From Hemiscyllium ocellatum (Eukaryota), in contig NC_083403.1 in assembly GCF_020745735.1 (NCBI RefSeq), forward strand, positions 26,462,766 through 26,526,765: DNA of 64,000 nt. The letters are read 5' to 3'. The translations under genes and the position numbers were made by a program. This document shows positions 61,396 through 64,000 of this stretch, one piece after another. The notes below the pieces were generated by a model. The model was not told the origin of the DNA and did not search any database. It worked only from the letters and a program-made list of their open reading frames with translations. Position 1 is the first letter of the stretch. Each line of letters begins with the position of its first letter.

Positions 61396-63025
61396 CTCCC
61401 TATGGAACAAGACTTTCATCACTTAACCCATACTGAATGTGTTTCCTCATCAGGGTACCAACTATTGTAAACTGAGACAAGGGGCTGTAGATCAGGGCGT
61501 GGGTGCTTTGCCATGTACCCATTTGCCATACAAAACCAAAGGACTCAAAGACCCTTCCTGACTCCACCCAAACTCCCTGAGGAGGGGTCTGATCTCCCAG
61601 TGAAGGTGACATCACTGACCAGATCTCTGTTCCTCCCCCGTGGGCTAGAGTCTCCGATCTCACCTCCTAACCCATCCCCATACTCCCTGTTCCCCCCTGC
61701 CTCAAACACATAGTTCCCAAATACCTTCCACCTGACAACCTGCCCCAGACTCGTCTGCTGGACTCCCCCAGACTGCTCTCAATCTGACTGGTGGAAAGAT
61801 CACTTTAATTCTTAATTCAGTTTCCATCTCCACTAATCGATGGGACGGGTAAATTATAAAGTGTCCCTTCCAATCCACATTCCCACCCTCCCCCATTTAT
61901 GTCAGGGCCACTATTAGTTCAAAGCCAACTCCAACTCCATCCCATTCCATTGGCCCTTCTCTATTTCACTGCCTTGTGTCTAAATGCTGTGAAACCCTGT
62001 GGTTGACTTAAATCCAATAAACACTTGAAGTAATGAAATCCACATTCTAATAACCTTCCTTAATATAAATAAAAGCTTGAAGTTTAACCTTCCCCTTTTT
62101 GTTTTATTGCATTAATCCCAGATTTACATCCTTTTGTTGCAGATTAACAAGTTTATGGAAATAATCCTTCATTTCACATCCCCTCAAACAATTTATCGGC
62201 TTGAACGTTTGAAGTCCTTTACTTTAAAAAGGTTACCTTACATCAATAATATTTGTTTCAGTGTCAAATCTAGTACCAAGCATTGAAGACTTACTACACA
62301 GCTCCTGATTTATCATTTGCTGAGCAAATTCAGGCTAATTTTTTCCAAGTGATTTTCCCCAGCTCCTCACCATGAAACGACTGCTCATCCTGGCTCCGCA
62401 ACAAGTTCCAACCGGTTCTGTGTTCAAATCTTGCTCCAGAAACCCGAACATAAAATGGAGACTGGCACTCCGCTGCGTCACTGGGGGGAGCTCTGCATTT
62501 AAATTCGAGGTGCAGCCTCTCAAACGAGGTAACACAGTCTGGCCTCAAGTGACTGCCTCTAACCACATAGGCACCATTTCGAAGAAAAACAAAGAAGCTG
62601 TTCCCAGGGTCCTGGGCAAGATTTATCACTCCATGGACATTGTGGGGAAAAATAGAACAGGCTATCTAATGTGCAAACTGGATGCCAAGTTTTATACACT
62701 GAGCACATTTCCAAACCACTTTATTGGTTGCAAATTGCTTCTGAAGGTCCTGAGGCCAAGAAAGGTGTTAAATGCAACTCCTTCTGTTCTGTGTGAGGAA
62801 GGCATAATGTCTATTCTTTCACATGCACATAGAGTGACTGGCGATGGAGCACTGACTCTTAGCACTATTCTGATACAGCCCAAAACAGAATGATGGTGAG
62901 AGGCAGATTTTCAGAGCTAGACACATGATCACATTCACTATTATGTTTTCGATGAGCTTTATGAATTTCTTCTGAGGCTGTGTTTTTTCTCAAGGAATCA
63001 CTAGAACGAGGAAAGGGCGGTTTAC

Positions 63026-64000
63026 ATAGAATATAGAACGTTACAGCGCAGTACAGGCCCTGCGGCTCTCGATGTTGCACCCATCTAACCTACACTATTC
63101 GTCCATATGCCTATCCAATGACCATTTAAATGTCCTTAAAGTTGGCGAGTCTACTATTATTGCAGGTGGAGCGTTCCACACCCCTACTACTCTCTGAGTA
63201 AAGAAACTACCTCTGATATCTGTCCTATATTTACCACCCCTCAAGTTAAAGCTATGTCCCCTCATGTTAATCTTCATTATCCAAGGAAAAAGGCTCCCCC
63301 TGTCCACCCTATCTAACCTTCTGATTATCTTATATGTCTCGATTAAGTCACCTCTCAATCTTCTTCTCTCCAACGAAAACAGCCTCAGTTCCCTCAGCCT
63401 TTCCTCCTAAGACCTTCCCTCCATACCAGGCAACATCCTAGTAAATCTCCTCTGAACTCTTTCCAAAGCTTCCACATCCTGCCTACAATTCGGTAACCAG
63501 AACTGTACACAATTCTCTAAGTGCGGCTGCACCACAGTTTTGTACAGCTGCAGCATGACCTCATGGTTTCAAAGCTCAGTCCCTCTACCAATAAAAACTA
63601 ACACACCGTATGTCTTCTTAACAACCCTATGAACCTGGGTGGCAACTTTTAAAGATCCTTGAGATCTCTCTGTTCAGCTACACTACCAAGAATCTTACCA
63701 TTAGCCCAGTACTCTGCATTCCTGTTACTCCTTCCAAAGTGAATCACCTCACACTTTTCCACATTAAACTCCATTTGTCGCCTCTTAGTCCAGCTCTGCA
63801 GTTTATCTATATTTCTCTGTAATCTGCAACATCCTTCAGTATTATCCACAACTCCACTGATCTTAGTGTCATCCATAAATTTGCTAACCCAGCCTTCTAC
63901 GCCATCATCTAGGTTATTTACAAAAATGACAAATAGCTGTTGTCCCAATGCAGATCCTTGCGGAACACCGCTAGTAACTGAATTCCAGAATGAACATTTC
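63026..64000 (-). mobile_element. CR1 LINE 3' fragment (runs off the window)
   Basis: SKFMDDTKISG, KCEVIHFG, RLRGDLIETYKI, FFTQRVVGVWN. Confidence 0.9.

Noticed and set aside
62372-62893. 173-aa plus-strand ORF and overlapping minus-strand ORFs as a possible upstream DAAM2 exon
   Set aside because: No FH2-like sequence matching the expected preceding exon, and the distal half overlaps an old SINE-like remnant. The next exon is probably beyond 64000 or in a gap.

Overview
Repeat-rich vertebrate genomic DNA, most likely from a shark; this is inferred from HE1/V-SINE-type SINEs and the CR1/HER1-like LINE content. The only host-gene coding sequence I can support is the last two coding exons of the formin DAAM2 on the minus strand (58556-58726 and 44073-44288, separated by a 14.3-kb intron). 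A candidate distal poly(A) site near 34.1 kb would imply a roughly 10-kb 3'UTR. The rest is mostly CR1/L2-like LINE fragments, tRNA-derived SINEs, a Gmr1-like Gypsy remnant with its 3' LTR, a Rex1 tail, a Tx1-like 3' end, a tRNA-Asn pseudogene, mini- and microsatellites and two assembly gaps. The most notable signal is about 25 short Penelope-type insertions in three families. Each family carries a minimal, dimer-type hammerhead ribozyme motif (CUGANGA-stem II-GAAA-palindromic stem III-UH). Many copies are head-to-head inverted pairs flanked by 12-16 bp target-site duplications. Repeat boundaries are approximate and were read by eye.
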